From the NCBI GenBank assembly GCA_028711065.1, contig JAQTSY010000004.1, positions 34,522 to 98,521 on the forward strand: a DNA stretch of 64,000 nucleotides, in the 5' to 3' direction. The position numbers and the translations under genes were made by a program. The notes beneath the pieces are model-generated. The model made no database searches. It worked only from the letters and a program-made list of their open reading frames with translations, and was not told the DNA's origin. The number at the start of each line of letters is the position of its first letter. Positions within the stretch are counted from its first letter, which is position 1. This stretch comes from Minisyncoccota bacterium (GTDB taxonomy: Bacteria > Patescibacteriota > Minisyncoccia > Phycocordibacterales > JAQTLZ01). Shown here piece after piece: positions 1 to 9,874 of the stretch.

Positions 1-99
1 CCGTGCGTTCGAGCTCTTTTCTTCTTTTTCGGCTGGTATGTGATTGACATAGTTGTACTACTCTACCACACAAAATTGATTTCTGGCAAATCAGACGGG

Positions 100-160
100 A
101 TTTTCTACTATCCACATTCTTTCCACAGTCTTTCAACATTTTTAATGACTGTGGACAAGC
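100..160. promoter_or_regulatory. DnaA-box cluster upstream of dnaA (oriC, left part)
   Basis: CTATCCACA at 108-116 (1 mismatch to TTATCCACA), TTTCCACAG at 120-128, TGTGGACAA at 150-158 (revcomp TTGTCCACA); AT-rich context immediately 5' of dnaA. Confidence 0.6.
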
Positions 161-242
161 TTTACTTTTTTCCATTCGGTATATAATGATACTGTTTTTC
201 TTTTTCTATCTTTTCACATCTTAAAAGCATTTTTTTCACTCT

Positions 243-1589
243 ATGGACAACAAAAAACTATGGGGGTCTGTCTTAGCTGAACTGGAATTATCCCTTTCCA
301 AGGCAAATTTTCATACATGGTTCAAAGATACCGCTGTCACCAAACAAGAAGAGGGGATGGTGTATCTGAATGTCCCGAATGCTTTCGTAAAAGATTGGCT
401 CTATAACAAATATCATAGAGATATTCTCAAAGCTCTGCGAACCTACGGAGAAAATGTGCGCTCTTTGGAATATGTTGTCTCGAAAGATGAAGGGAGAAAG
501 AAAGAAGGGGAAGCAACTCGACAAGCCACTCCAATTCAAAGCAACGAGCTTCCTTTGAATGACTACTACATCAACAAAGAAGACAATTTAAATCCAAAAT
601 ATACGTTTGACTCTTTTGTTGTCGGTCCTTTCAACGATCTTGCGTTCGCAGCATCACAGGCGGTCATAAAAAAACCGGGAACTGCTTACAATCCTCTTTT
701 TGTGTATGGAAATACCGGCCACGGGAAAACACATCTTATCCAAGCCATCGGAAACTCTTTGAAAGGCGGAAATCCGGGAAGAAAAATTTTCTACGTCACA
801 TCGGAAACATTCGCAGTGGACTACATCACTTCAGTTCAGAATAATAAACCGAACCAGTTCAAAGAAAAATACAGGAAATATGATGTATTGATCATGGATG
901 ACATCCAGTTCCTTTCCAAAAAAACCCAGACGCAGGAAGAGTTATTTCACCTTTTCAATGCATTGTACGAGAACAATAAGCAGATCGTTTTTTCATCCGA
1001 CAAGCACCCAAACTACATCCCTGACCTCGAGGAACGATTGAAATCTCGATTCAGCGCAGGAATGATTGTGGAAATCCCTCCGCCTGACTACGAATCACGA
1101 GTAGCAATTTTGAAAGCAAAAGCGAAGCAGAATAATTTCACCCTGTCCGATGAAGCGATAGATTATCTTTCATCTTCCATCGAAGGAAACATTCGAGAGC
1201 TTGAGGGAGTCTTGAACTCAATTATCTGCCAAACACAGCTTAAGAATAGCGAACTCGGACTCGCTGATATTAAAAATCTCATCAAAAACACTTCGAAGCC
1301 GAAGAAAAACATCTCTCCGAAAGACATCATTAAAATTATTTCTGATTTCTACAACATTGAAGAGACAAGTATCTACGAAAAAACAAGAAAGAAGGAGATT
1401 GTGAAGCCGCGACAGCTCATCATGTACATACTCCGGGAAGATTTCAATGTCTCATACCCATCAATTGGACAAAAACTTGGCGGACGAGACCACACAACCG
1501 TCATGCACTCGTGCGAAAAAATTAAAAACGACTTAAAAGTCGACCAGCTCCTCGTGCAAGAGTTGAGCAGAATCAGAGCTCTTATTTAG
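243..1589 (+). CDS. dnaA: chromosomal replication initiator DnaA
   Basis: 448 aa; Walker A GNTGHGKTHL, AAA+ core, C-terminal DnaA-box binding HTH (IMYILRE...SYPSIGQKLGGRDHTTVMHS). Confidence 0.95.
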   Translation: MDNKKLWGSVLAELELSLSKANFHTWFKDTAVTKQEEGMVYLNVPNAFVKDWLYNKYHRDILKALRTYGENVRSLEYVVSKDEGRKKEGEATRQATPIQSNELPLNDYYINKEDNLNPKYTFDSFVVGPFNDLAFAASQAVIKKPGTAYNPLFVYGNTGHGKTHLIQAIGNSLKGGNPGRKIFYVTSETFAVDYITSVQNNKPNQFKEKYRKYDVLIMDDIQFLSKKTQTQEELFHLFNALYENNKQIVFSSDKHPNYIPDLEERLKSRFSAGMIVEIPPPDYESRVAILKAKAKQNNFTLSDEAIDYLSSSIEGNIRELEGVLNSIICQTQLKNSELGLADIKNLIKNTSKPKKNISPKDIIKIISDFYNIEETSIYEKTRKKEIVKPRQLIMYILREDFNVSYPSIGQKLGGRDHTTVMHSCEKIKNDLKVDQLLVQELSRIRALI

Positions 1590-1875
1590 TGAGAGTTTGA
1601 TTGAGGGAGGTGATTTGTGGATAATGTGTGGAAAGAGTGTGGAATTTTCGTGGATTTGCTGTTGGCTCATTGTAGAAAAATGGCTCTAAAGAAGGCTAAA
1701 AAGTGGATAGCCCCGAGGAACTGTCTTTTAAATCTACAGCCTAAAAAACATATACACAGAAAGGGGAAAGAGATAAGCTTAAGAAAGGTTGTTACAGAGC
1801 GGTTAAAAATGATATCCACATATACACAAGATTAATAGTAGTAATAGGTATTTATATAAAGAATAGAAATAAACA
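1590..1875. promoter_or_regulatory. dnaA-dnaN intergenic DnaA-box cluster plus AT-rich unwinding element (oriC, right part)
   Basis: perfect box TGTGGATAA at 1616-1624 followed by three more TGTGGA-type boxes within 45 bp in the same orientation (1627-1658), ATATCCACA at ~1812-1820, then a >40-bp AT-only stretch 1830-1875. Confidence 0.6.
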
Positions 1876-2976
1876 ATGAAGATAGAGTGTACAAAAGAAA
1901 AGTTATTCGGAGCTGTATCAAAAGCGGAAAAAATTTCAGGTAAGCATCTTACTCTCCCTGTTTTAAGTTGTATTCTTCTTGAAGCGAAGAAAAATGCTTT
2001 ATATGTACGAGCAACAAATTTAGATGTTGGAGTTGAAATTTCTTTTCCGGTGAAAGTAGATGAGGAGGGAATTGTCGCAGTTTCTGGTTCCGTACTCTCT
2101 GGTTTCCTGTCGAACCTTTATACCGATAAAAATATCAAATTAGAAACAATCAAAGGAAATCTTTCCCTTACCGGCGGAAAAACTTCTATCACTATAAAAT
2201 CTCTCCCTCATGAAGATTTTCCAACCATTCCCAAAATACAAGATGGAACCGTTTTTCATCTCGAATCCACTGACCTTTTAAAGGGACTTACCTCCGTTTG
2301 GTACGCTTCTGGAACTTCGAGTATGAAGCCCGAACTTTCAAGTGTATATATGTATGCAGAGGACGATTCACTTGTTTTTGTGGCTACGGATTCATTCCGT
2401 CTTGCAGAAAAGAGGATAAAAACCAAAAAACCGAAAGATTTTTCACATGTTCTTATTCCCTTTAAAAATGTCTTGGAAATTGTGAGAATTTTTGAGGAAG
2501 TAAAGGGAGAAATCACGGTAGAAGCGAATAAAAACCAGATTTCATTCTCTGCAGAGGGAATCTATCTTACTTCTCGAGTTGTAGACGGAGTATTTCCTGA
2601 TTATAAACAGATCATTCCAAAGAAATTTGGAACAGAAGTTATTCTCTTGAAACAAGACTTGGTGAACACCCTAAAGATTTCAAATATATTTTCAGACTCT
2701 TTTCGGCAAGTTCACATGAAAGCTGACCCAAAGAAAGAGGTTTTTGAAGTACAAACAAAAAATGCGGACGTCGGAGAAAGTATAAGCTCTCCCGAAGCGG
2801 CGCTTACTGGCGAACCCATCGAAATTAATTTTAATTTCAAATACATTATGGACTGTTTCCAGTCCATTGACGCAGACAGCGTTTCTCTCGAGTTTAGCGC
2901 GCTTAATCGGCCCATGGTGATGCGAGGAGTAGCTGATAGGTCATTTACCTATCTTGTGATGCCAATGAATAAGTAA
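1876..2976 (+). CDS. dnaN: DNA polymerase III beta sliding clamp
   Basis: 366 aa, typical DnaN N-terminus MKIECTKEKL...LTLPVLSCILLEA, three-domain length. Confidence 0.92.
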   Translation: MKIECTKEKLFGAVSKAEKISGKHLTLPVLSCILLEAKKNALYVRATNLDVGVEISFPVKVDEEGIVAVSGSVLSGFLSNLYTDKNIKLETIKGNLSLTGGKTSITIKSLPHEDFPTIPKIQDGTVFHLESTDLLKGLTSVWYASGTSSMKPELSSVYMYAEDDSLVFVATDSFRLAEKRIKTKKPKDFSHVLIPFKNVLEIVRIFEEVKGEITVEANKNQISFSAEGIYLTSRVVDGVFPDYKQIIPKKFGTEVILLKQDLVNTLKISNIFSDSFRQVHMKADPKKEVFEVQTKNADVGESISSPEAALTGEPIEINFNFKYIMDCFQSIDADSVSLEFSALNRPMVMRGVADRSFTYLVMPMNK

Positions 2977-3003
2977 GAGCTTTTAAGCTCATAAGATTCT
3001 CCC

Positions 3004-3264
3004 GTGTTCAACATCTCTCAATTTCTCGAGAAATTCAAAGTGGCGGGTCAGAAAAGCGCCCTTACGCGAGAATTAATTGCACAAGGGCTTTCAGAAGGTT
3101 TGGGTGTCACTATTCTTCCTCAAGATTTTAAAATCAAAGACAATGTTGTGGTGTTTCTCCACTCCAGCGGGAGTTTGAAGAGTCAAATTTTCATAAAAAA
3201 ACAGGAACTTCTTAGAATTTTGCGCGAAAAGTGTAAAGAGGAAGCTCCTTCTGATATCCGCTAA
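3004..3264 (+). CDS. small DUF721/DciA-like protein (GTG start)
   Basis: 86 aa immediately after dnaN, hydrophobic-core pattern resembling DUF721 proteins found at dnaA/dnaN loci; weak. Confidence 0.35.
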   Translation: MFNISQFLEKFKVAGQKSALTRELIAQGLSEGLGVTILPQDFKIKDNVVVFLHSSGSLKSQIFIKKQELLRILREKCKEEAPSDIR

Positions 3265-3270
3265 GGGGTA

Positions 3271-5817
3271 TCATTGAATCATGAAGGAAACTGAAGTTTC
3301 CGACTTATTTTGGGCAGCGTCATACGCGACGGCCTTTAGGGTGTTTTGTCCTTGTACGAAATTTGAATCTTTCGGGACAAATGCGAAGGAGAAGGGTTCT
3401 CCCGTGCTCGAACCAAGATAGCCATCATTCAAAAAATACTCTATTTGTGAAAGATCGAAATGCCCAGAGTGCGATACTCCGACAATGATTCGGTCGCTTG
3501 ATTGATGAACACTTCCCTGAAGTGGGCTGGTGATAGTGATTTGAGGTGCAAAAGCCGGGTTGTGGATAGGATCAGTTTCTGTGGGCACAATTCCTCCCTC
3601 GGCAATACCTTGTCCGGTTACCCACTTCCTCACGGCGTATTCCCAGTGTGAAAATTGAGGATCATTGTCTGGATTTGCGGGTCTTCCTCCAGTCGGGTTA
3701 TTTTTATCTATCCAATAGAGAATAGAGTGGATGTCCGGCACAGCGCGTTCCTCTCGAAGTTCTGGCGGAGTAAATTCTGTAGCGACTTTGCCCGAAATTT
3801 TATCTACGAAATACGTTTGACCTCCTTGCCATATCCCCCGCATTGGAGGAGCAAGACCTGAAAGATCCTCAAATGCCGGCTTTTTAAAGTTTTCTACTGG
3901 GAGCTGTTTCAAGGCCTCCGTCATAAATGCGCTCCACATCGGTGCGACAACAAGTCCCGCCACTTTCTTTTCCATCGGACGGTTGTCGTTGTTTCCAGCC
4001 CACGCTCCGACAACTAAATGAGGAGTGTATCCCACTATCCACGTATCTCGGTAGTCGTTTGTAGTACCGGTTTTTGCAGCGACATCTCTTCCTTCAAAAT
4101 AAAGAACAGAATGTTTTCCATAGGTTCCTGAGCGTGCGTCATCGTCCGAGAGGATGCTCGATATTTTAAGCGCGGATTGTTCAGGAAGCGCTTCTGTCGG
4201 TCGCAATTCTTCTTTTTCTAGTACTTGCCCATTATGATCTCTCACCTCAAGAATGCTCTGGTAAGGATTTCTCACTCCGTTATTTGCGAAGACTCCATAA
4301 GCACTTGTCAGTTCGAGTGGAGAAACCTCTGCGCCTCCGAGAACCAAAGTAAGGCCGTAATTATCAGGATTGGTAAGGCTTGTGATACCGAGATCTTGAG
4401 CAGTTTTGATCGAATTCTTAATTCCAGCCAAATACAACGTCTCAATTGAAGGAATGTTTCTTGATTCAGCAAGAGCTCTTCGCAAGCTCAAAGGTCCTTT
4501 GAATTGATCATCGTAGTTTGACGGCTTGTAACAAGCTGAATCAGGATGTTTCGGTGTCCCGTCGGGGTTGCATTCGCTTGAAAATTCAGTCGGAAGATCG
4601 AAAAGGACTGTTTCAGGCTGGTATCCCTCATTGAATGCGGTTGCGTACACAATAGGTTTGAATGCTGATCCTGGCTGACGTAGTGCAGTAGTGACATTGA
4701 AATTGCCGTCGATTTTTTTATCAAAGTAATCTCTGGAACCAACCATTGCGAGAATGTCTCCCGTTGTAGGGTCGATGGCTACCATCGCAGCATTTTCCGC
4801 GTTAAATTTTTTCTGATTTTCAAGCGCGAATTTTTTTACAATTTCTTCCGCTTTCTGTTGAAGACCGTAATCAAGAGTTGTGATAACTTTCAATCCTCCT
4901 GCCTGCAGTGTGTCTGCTCCATATTTTTTCTCGAGAAGATTCGTGACATAAGTGACGAAATGAGGAGCTCTAATTCCTGTTGGTTCTTGGGGGAGAAAAG
5001 TGACCACTTCCGCCTTTGCCTCGTTGTATTCATCTTGGTTTATGAATTTATTTTGGAGCATCTTCTCGAGTACCAAATTTTTCCTCTGTTCAAGCTGATC
5101 CCTGTTCTTTCCATAGGGAGAGAAAAAAGTCGGTGCTTTGAGAAGTGATGCTAGGTAAGCGCCTTGCGCGACAGTTAAATCCGACGCATTTTTTCCAAAA
5201 AAAGTCTGGCTTGCCTCCTCAACTCCATAAATATTGCCTCCAAACGGGCTTTCGTTGAGATAGAGTGTGAGAATGGAATCTTTGTCCATGACTCGCTCGA
5301 GCTTGATCGCAAGCACCCACTCTTTGATCTTGCGGGTGATTGTCTGCTCTGGGGTGAGAATGGAATTTTTAATAACCTGTTGGGTGATAGTTGACCCGCC
5401 TTGGCTTAATTTAAGTGAGGCGATATTTACCAAGAAGGCACGGAGTATTGCCGTAGGCTCAATTCCTCCGTGTTGATAGAATCCGGCATCTTCAATAGCA
5501 ACAACCGCATTTTTTACGTTTTTTGATATTTCACTTGAAGGGACACTGTCTCTCTTTACTCCTTGATGTATGTCATAGAGAAGAATTTTACCCGTGCGGT
5601 CATATATTTTTGTCGATTGGCTTACGGTGCGAGTTTCAAACGTATTTAGATTTGGCATTTCCAAAGTGGAAATCCATATAATAAACGCGCCTGCGCCTAT
5701 GAAGGAAACAGCTAAACAAATAATGAGAATTTCACGAAATCGCTTCTTTTGTGTAAAACGAAGAATTTTTTTCAGGATCTGCATAGAAGCTATAATAGCA
5801 TATACCGGAGAGTTCAA
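3271..5817 (-). CDS. class A penicillin-binding protein (transglycosylase/transpeptidase, PBP1A family)
   Basis: 848 aa; N-terminal TM anchor, GT51 motifs (EDAGFYQHGG, GGSTITQQ), transpeptidase SxxK/SxN/KTG (KTGTTND), C-terminal extra beta-rich domain. Confidence 0.9.
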   Translation of the reverse strand: MNSPVYAIIASMQILKKILRFTQKKRFREILIICLAVSFIGAGAFIIWISTLEMPNLNTFETRTVSQSTKIYDRTGKILLYDIHQGVKRDSVPSSEISKNVKNAVVAIEDAGFYQHGGIEPTAILRAFLVNIASLKLSQGGSTITQQVIKNSILTPEQTITRKIKEWVLAIKLERVMDKDSILTLYLNESPFGGNIYGVEEASQTFFGKNASDLTVAQGAYLASLLKAPTFFSPYGKNRDQLEQRKNLVLEKMLQNKFINQDEYNEAKAEVVTFLPQEPTGIRAPHFVTYVTNLLEKKYGADTLQAGGLKVITTLDYGLQQKAEEIVKKFALENQKKFNAENAAMVAIDPTTGDILAMVGSRDYFDKKIDGNFNVTTALRQPGSAFKPIVYATAFNEGYQPETVLFDLPTEFSSECNPDGTPKHPDSACYKPSNYDDQFKGPLSLRRALAESRNIPSIETLYLAGIKNSIKTAQDLGITSLTNPDNYGLTLVLGGAEVSPLELTSAYGVFANNGVRNPYQSILEVRDHNGQVLEKEELRPTEALPEQSALKISSILSDDDARSGTYGKHSVLYFEGRDVAAKTGTTNDYRDTWIVGYTPHLVVGAWAGNNDNRPMEKKVAGLVVAPMWSAFMTEALKQLPVENFKKPAFEDLSGLAPPMRGIWQGGQTYFVDKISGKVATEFTPPELREERAVPDIHSILYWIDKNNPTGGRPANPDNDPQFSHWEYAVRKWVTGQGIAEGGIVPTETDPIHNPAFAPQITITSPLQGSVHQSSDRIIVGVSHSGHFDLSQIEYFLNDGYLGSSTGEPFSFAFVPKDSNFVQGQNTLKAVAYDAAQNKSETSVSFMIQ

Positions 5818-5838
5818 ATATATGCTAAATTGTTGGGT

Positions 5839-7050
5839 ATGAAACCAGAAGATGCTGCTGATATAGACGAACTCCTTACTCGGAGCATTGCTTCAATTCT
5901 TCCTTCCCGAGAGCTCTTTAAGAAAGCTCTCCTTGCTGAAAAAAAACTTCGAATCTATATCGGAGCAGATGCTACCGGTCCAGATCTTCATATAGGACAC
6001 GCAACTAACTTTATATTTCTCGAAAAATTGAGAAAACTGGGGCATGAAATCATTGTTCTTTTCGGAGATTTTACCGCAATGATAGGGGATCCTACCGATA
6101 AAGACGCTACTCGGGTGGCGCTAACAGAAGAAGAGGTTGAAAAAAATCTCGCTACATGGAAATTGCAGGTCGGCAAAATATTAAGTCTTGATGATAAGAA
6201 AAATCCCGTCAGAATCGTAAAAAACAGCACATGGCTCTCGAAACTTTCGTTTGCGGACGTGGTAAAGCTGGCTTCCAATTTTACGGTTCAACAAATGATG
6301 GAGCGGGATATGTTTGAAAAAAGAATGGTGGAAAATAAACCGATACATTTGCATGAGTTTTTGTACCCGCTTATGCAGGGATATGACAGCGTGGAGCTTG
6401 ATGTGGACGCAGAGGTCGGAGGAAATGACCAAACCTTTAACATGCTTGCAGGCAGAACTTTGCAAAGGAAAATGCATAATAAAGAGAAATTTGTTATCGC
6501 CACGACGCTTTTGGTAAATCCTAAAACGGGACAGAAGCTCATGAGTAAAAGCACAGGAGGGTACATTAGCCTTCAAGATTCTCCAAATGACATGTTTGGC
6601 AAAGCCATGGCTCTCCCCGATGAGGCTATTATTGCTGTTTTTATCGATTGCACGCTTCTTTCACTTCCGGAAATAGAGAGTATAAAAAAGGATTTGGAAG
6701 GTGGGAAAAATCCGAAAGACGCAAAAATTCGTCTTGGAAAGGAACTCGTTGGTCTGTATTACGACGCTACTCAAGCTGATAAGGCAGAGAAAAATTTTAC
6801 TGACACTTTTTCCAAAAAAGGAATATCTGACGATGCTGAAGTTTTTTCCGCCACATCTGGAGAAAAAATTATTGATGTCATCGTTAGGGCAAAATTGGTG
6901 TCTTCGAAAACCGAAGCAAGGCGCCTTTTCGACGAGGGAGCGGTATCTGAAATAGGAGGGGAGAAGATCACTGACCAAGCATTTGGAGTTACCAAAGATA
7001 TAAATGTGAAAGTGGGCAAACACAGATTTCTTAAGATCAAAGTTTCGTAA
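5839..7050 (+). CDS. tyrS: tyrosine--tRNA ligase with C-terminal S4 domain
   Basis: HIGH motif (DLHIGHA), KMSKS (KLMSKS), C-terminal S4-like RNA-binding segment; start moved to ATG 5839 to avoid overlap with PBP. Confidence 0.85.
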   Translation: MKPEDAADIDELLTRSIASILPSRELFKKALLAEKKLRIYIGADATGPDLHIGHATNFIFLEKLRKLGHEIIVLFGDFTAMIGDPTDKDATRVALTEEEVEKNLATWKLQVGKILSLDDKKNPVRIVKNSTWLSKLSFADVVKLASNFTVQQMMERDMFEKRMVENKPIHLHEFLYPLMQGYDSVELDVDAEVGGNDQTFNMLAGRTLQRKMHNKEKFVIATTLLVNPKTGQKLMSKSTGGYISLQDSPNDMFGKAMALPDEAIIAVFIDCTLLSLPEIESIKKDLEGGKNPKDAKIRLGKELVGLYYDATQADKAEKNFTDTFSKKGISDDAEVFSATSGEKIIDVIVRAKLVSSKTEARRLFDEGAVSEIGGEKITDQAFGVTKDINVKVGKHRFLKIKVS

Positions 7051-7051
7051 A

Positions 7052-7080
7052 GAAAAATCCCGCATGTGCGGGATTTTTCT
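7052..7080. terminator. bidirectional intrinsic terminator
   Basis: AAAAATCCCGCATGTGCGGGATTTTT hairpin flanked by A/T runs, between convergent tyrS and acidic ORF. Confidence 0.8.
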
Positions 7081-7097
7081 TTTGAGAAAAAACAATT

Positions 7098-7232
7098 CTA
7101 TTCTGCGTCGTCCATGAGATCGGCATCGAGGACGTCTTCGTCATCTTCTTCACCCTCTTCCAGATCCTTATCCTCGTCCGCATCTTCCTCTTCTTCGTCA
7201 TCCTCTAACTCGTCATCATCTTTTCTTGGCAT
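7098..7232 (-). CDS. ultra-acidic 44-aa protein MPRKDDDELEDDEEEEDADEDKDLEEGEEDDEDVLDADLMDDAE
   Basis: ORF below track threshold; GGGAGA RBS ~16 nt upstream, ends at the bidirectional terminator; >60% Asp/Glu. Confidence 0.4.
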   Translation of the reverse strand: MPRKDDDELEDDEEEEDADEDKDLEEGEEDDEDVLDADLMDDAE

Positions 7233-7412
7233 AATGATTGTATGAAGGTCTCCCTTCAGCAAGTTCATTAAAAATTGTTAAAAACGACTTTTTCCTTCGA
7301 ATTTCTATGAAGATATTCTCTGGACGCCCTATTTGTACCAGATTGTATTTTTTTTGCAACTAGTTTTTAACAAAAATGTCTGTGGAAAAGTTTTTCTCTT
7401 CAAAATCTCGAT

Positions 7413-7889
7413 TTAAGGCCTATACACAGCCAAAAAAGTGAGCCCGACTGCAATAGCATCGTATTCGTCATCATGTCTGATTTCTTTTTTTATTTCGAGA
7501 AGTTTTGGCAACATTTGAATAATTTGGCGCTTGTCCGCTCGTCCTGAACCCGTTGTCGCCACTTTGATTTCCGCTGGGGTAAATTCTCGGATTGTAAGCT
7601 TATTTTGTGCTGCAATCTGCAGGATTGCTCCATAGCATTCTGATACCAGCATAGCCGTTTTTTGATTTTTATTGAAAAAAAGTTTTTCAATAGCAAAAAA
7701 TTTCGGTTTGTATTCCTTTATAATTTTTTCTATTTCCTCTCCGATCTGGCGAAGCCGTTCGGGGAAAGCGAATGCGGCTTTGGTTTGGAAACATTCCGAA
7801 AAAAGAAGTTTTTCTTTTCCTCGATTTTCTTTTTCGATAACAGCAATACCAAGACGTTCATATCCTGGATCAATAGCGAGAACCTTCAT
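7413..7889 (-). CDS. ruvC: crossover junction endodeoxyribonuclease RuvC
   Basis: 158 aa, MKVLAIDPGYERLGIAV N-terminus, RNase H-like fold length. Confidence 0.9.
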   Translation of the reverse strand: MKVLAIDPGYERLGIAVIEKENRGKEKLLFSECFQTKAAFAFPERLRQIGEEIEKIIKEYKPKFFAIEKLFFNKNQKTAMLVSECYGAILQIAAQNKLTIREFTPAEIKVATTGSGRADKRQIIQMLPKLLEIKKEIRHDDEYDAIAVGLTFLAVYRP

Positions 7890-7894
7890 AATTT

Positions 7895-8425
7895 TTATTC
7901 AGCGTTCGTGAACACCTCCTGCACCTCATCATTTTCTTCAAGTTCGTCCACCAATTTTTCAAGCGTAGCGATATCAGCATCTTCAAGGGGAACAGTTGTC
8001 TGCGCCTCCCATCCTGTGCCAACTTTTTTGAATGCCCACGTTGCTGCGCCGATGCCGGCAAGTGATGCGCCGTATTTCGAAAGAATAAATTTTATTTCTT
8101 GCGCCGCTTTGTTTCTATTATCAGTGAGCGCTTCAATGATTATCGCGCATCCGCCCGGTCCATATGATTCATAAGTGATCGAATCCATCGCTGCGCTTTT
8201 ATCTGTCGAGGCTTTCTTCAAAGCGCGGTCAATTGTGTCATTTGGCATATTTGCCGCCTTTGCTCTATCAATAACAGCTTTTAGCGAGGGGGAGCTTAAA
8301 TTTCCCCCAGCCTTTTTGGCTTCAATAACAAGCAAGCGCCCGAATTTTGAAAACATCTTGCTCTTTTTAGCATCTGACACGCCCTTCTGTCTCTTGATTT
8401 GCGACCATTTATTATGTCCCGACAT
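7895..8425 (-). CDS. YebC/PmpR-family DNA-binding regulator (short form)
   Basis: MSGHNKWSQIKRQKG...YESYGPGG signature; 176 aa versus ~240 typical, lacks part of middle domain. Confidence 0.75.
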   Translation of the reverse strand: MSGHNKWSQIKRQKGVSDAKKSKMFSKFGRLLVIEAKKAGGNLSSPSLKAVIDRAKAANMPNDTIDRALKKASTDKSAAMDSITYESYGPGGCAIIIEALTDNRNKAAQEIKFILSKYGASLAGIGAATWAFKKVGTGWEAQTTVPLEDADIATLEKLVDELEENDEVQEVFTNAE

Positions 8426-8437
8426 ATATTTATTTGA

Positions 8438-9466
8438 TTATAATAATTTTTCTTGTAAATGCGACGGCGCTTCTATATTTAAATGTCCATAAGCTTTTAT
8501 TGTTGCTGTGCGTCCTCGCGGAGTTCTTTCAAGAAATCCAAGCTGTATGAGATATGGCTCATTAAATTCTTCGAGCGTCGCTTCTTCTTCTGAAAGTGCG
8601 GCTGCGAGCGTATTGAGTCCTACCGGTCCGCCGGAGAATTTATTGACGATAACATCCAAAAGAGATCTGTCCGATGCGAGAAGTCCTCGTTCGTCTACGC
8701 CAAGAAGAGAGAGAGCTTCCATGACAGTATTTTTATCGAGGGATTTTTTCCCGACTTGGGCAAAGTCCCGGCATCGTTTCAAAAGGTAGTTTGCGGTTCG
8801 TGGGGTGAACCGGCTTCGCTTCGCTATCTCTTTTATGCCGTCTTCATGAATTTCAACGCCGAGAATTTTTGCAGAGCGTTTCAGAATTTCCCCGATTTCT
8901 TTTTCTGTATAAAACTCAAGTCGAAAAATTCCTCCGGAAAAGCGGGAGCGAAGCGGGGAAGAGAGAAGCGCTACGCGAGTGGTAGCGGCAATAAGCGTAA
9001 ATGGAGGCAGATCAAGCTGAATTGTGCGTGCTGAAGGGCCTTTGCCAATAATAATATCGAGTGAGCCCGCCTCCATTGCTGGGTAGAGCATTTCTTCCAC
9101 AGTTTTATTTAAGCGATGAATTTCGTCTATAAAGAGAATATCTCCGGGAGAGAGATTGGTGAGAATTGATGCGAGATCTCCCACTTTTTCGATTGCCGGG
9201 CCGGAGGTGATCTTCATCTGGGCAGAAATTTCTTTCGCGATGAGATGCGCAAGAGTTGTTTTCCCGAGCCCCGGTGGTCCGTAAAAGAGAATGTGTTCAG
9301 GCGGGTGCTTTCTCTCGGCAGCGGCGGAAAGAAGGACCTGCAAATTATCCTTAATATTTTTCTGCCCAATGTATTCTTGCCATCGAGAAGGGCGAAGCGT
9401 CTGGTCCAGAAAGCCACTTTCTTCTTTCGCTTCGCCTTTTTCATTTTTCTTTGGTTCTTTTTTCAT
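8438..9466 (-). CDS. ruvB: Holliday junction branch migration helicase RuvB
   Basis: 342 aa; Walker [12 protein letters not shown], RuvB sensor and winged-helix C-terminus. Confidence 0.93.
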   Translation of the reverse strand: MKKEPKKNEKGEAKEESGFLDQTLRPSRWQEYIGQKNIKDNLQVLLSAAAERKHPPEHILFYGPPGLGKTTLAHLIAKEISAQMKITSGPAIEKVGDLASILTNLSPGDILFIDEIHRLNKTVEEMLYPAMEAGSLDIIIGKGPSARTIQLDLPPFTLIAATTRVALLSSPLRSRFSGGIFRLEFYTEKEIGEILKRSAKILGVEIHEDGIKEIAKRSRFTPRTANYLLKRCRDFAQVGKKSLDKNTVMEALSLLGVDERGLLASDRSLLDVIVNKFSGGPVGLNTLAAALSEEEATLEEFNEPYLIQLGFLERTPRGRTATIKAYGHLNIEAPSHLQEKLL

Positions 9467-9500
9467 TCCTTATCAATAGTGTACCACAGAGCATGAGGCA

Positions 9501-9529
9501 TTGACATTAAAACTAATTCATGCTAGTAT
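9501..9529 (+). promoter_or_regulatory. consensus sigma70-like promoter (TTGACA-17-TAGTAT) with no downstream CDS
   Basis: TTGACA 9501-9506, 17-nt spacer, TAGTAT 9524-9529; fires into a 330-bp gene-free region ending in a palindromic terminator. Confidence 0.45.
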
Positions 9530-9842
9530 GGTGCCAGTTCCGAAAAAAAGAATTCGTTTGAAAATCCGTCAAAAACTCTCAAAAATTAGTCTCGTATCCA
9601 GCGCATAAATCTCTAAGCAATTAAACCTCAACGTTTATTAGTATCCTTCAAGGACTTTCTGGTTATAACTCCGGTTATTTACTGGGAAAATCCTTAGAGG
9701 GTATATTTAACTTTTTATAGCTTGCTATGAAAAGAATTGCTTAGAGATTTATTCTCTGAATACTCTCTGTTTTCAATACTACTCCTCTTTTTCCATTCTT
9801 CCATATTTACAACGCGGAATTTCGATGTCTGGTTGTATGACA

Positions 9843-9874
9843 AAAAATCTTCACATGCATGTGAAGATTTTTTG
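9843..9874. terminator. perfect palindromic bidirectional terminator AAAAAATCTTCACATG/CATGTGAAGATTTTTT
   Basis: 32-bp perfect palindrome directly after pilB stop; A-run and T-run on either side. Confidence 0.85.

Noticed and set aside
1617-1835. 72-aa ORF between dnaA and dnaN
   Set aside because: It lies entirely within the DnaA-box cluster/AT-rich origin spacer and has no RBS. The sequence reads as repeated TGTGGA boxes.
9530-9840. Identification of the 330-bp non-coding region as RNase P RNA, tmRNA, SRP RNA or 6S RNA
   Set aside because: None of the universally conserved blocks is present (GGAAAGUCCGG/AGGGUGAAA for RNase P, tRNA-like ends plus tag ORF for tmRNA, GGAA/AGCAG domain IV for SRP). 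It is left as an unclassified candidate.
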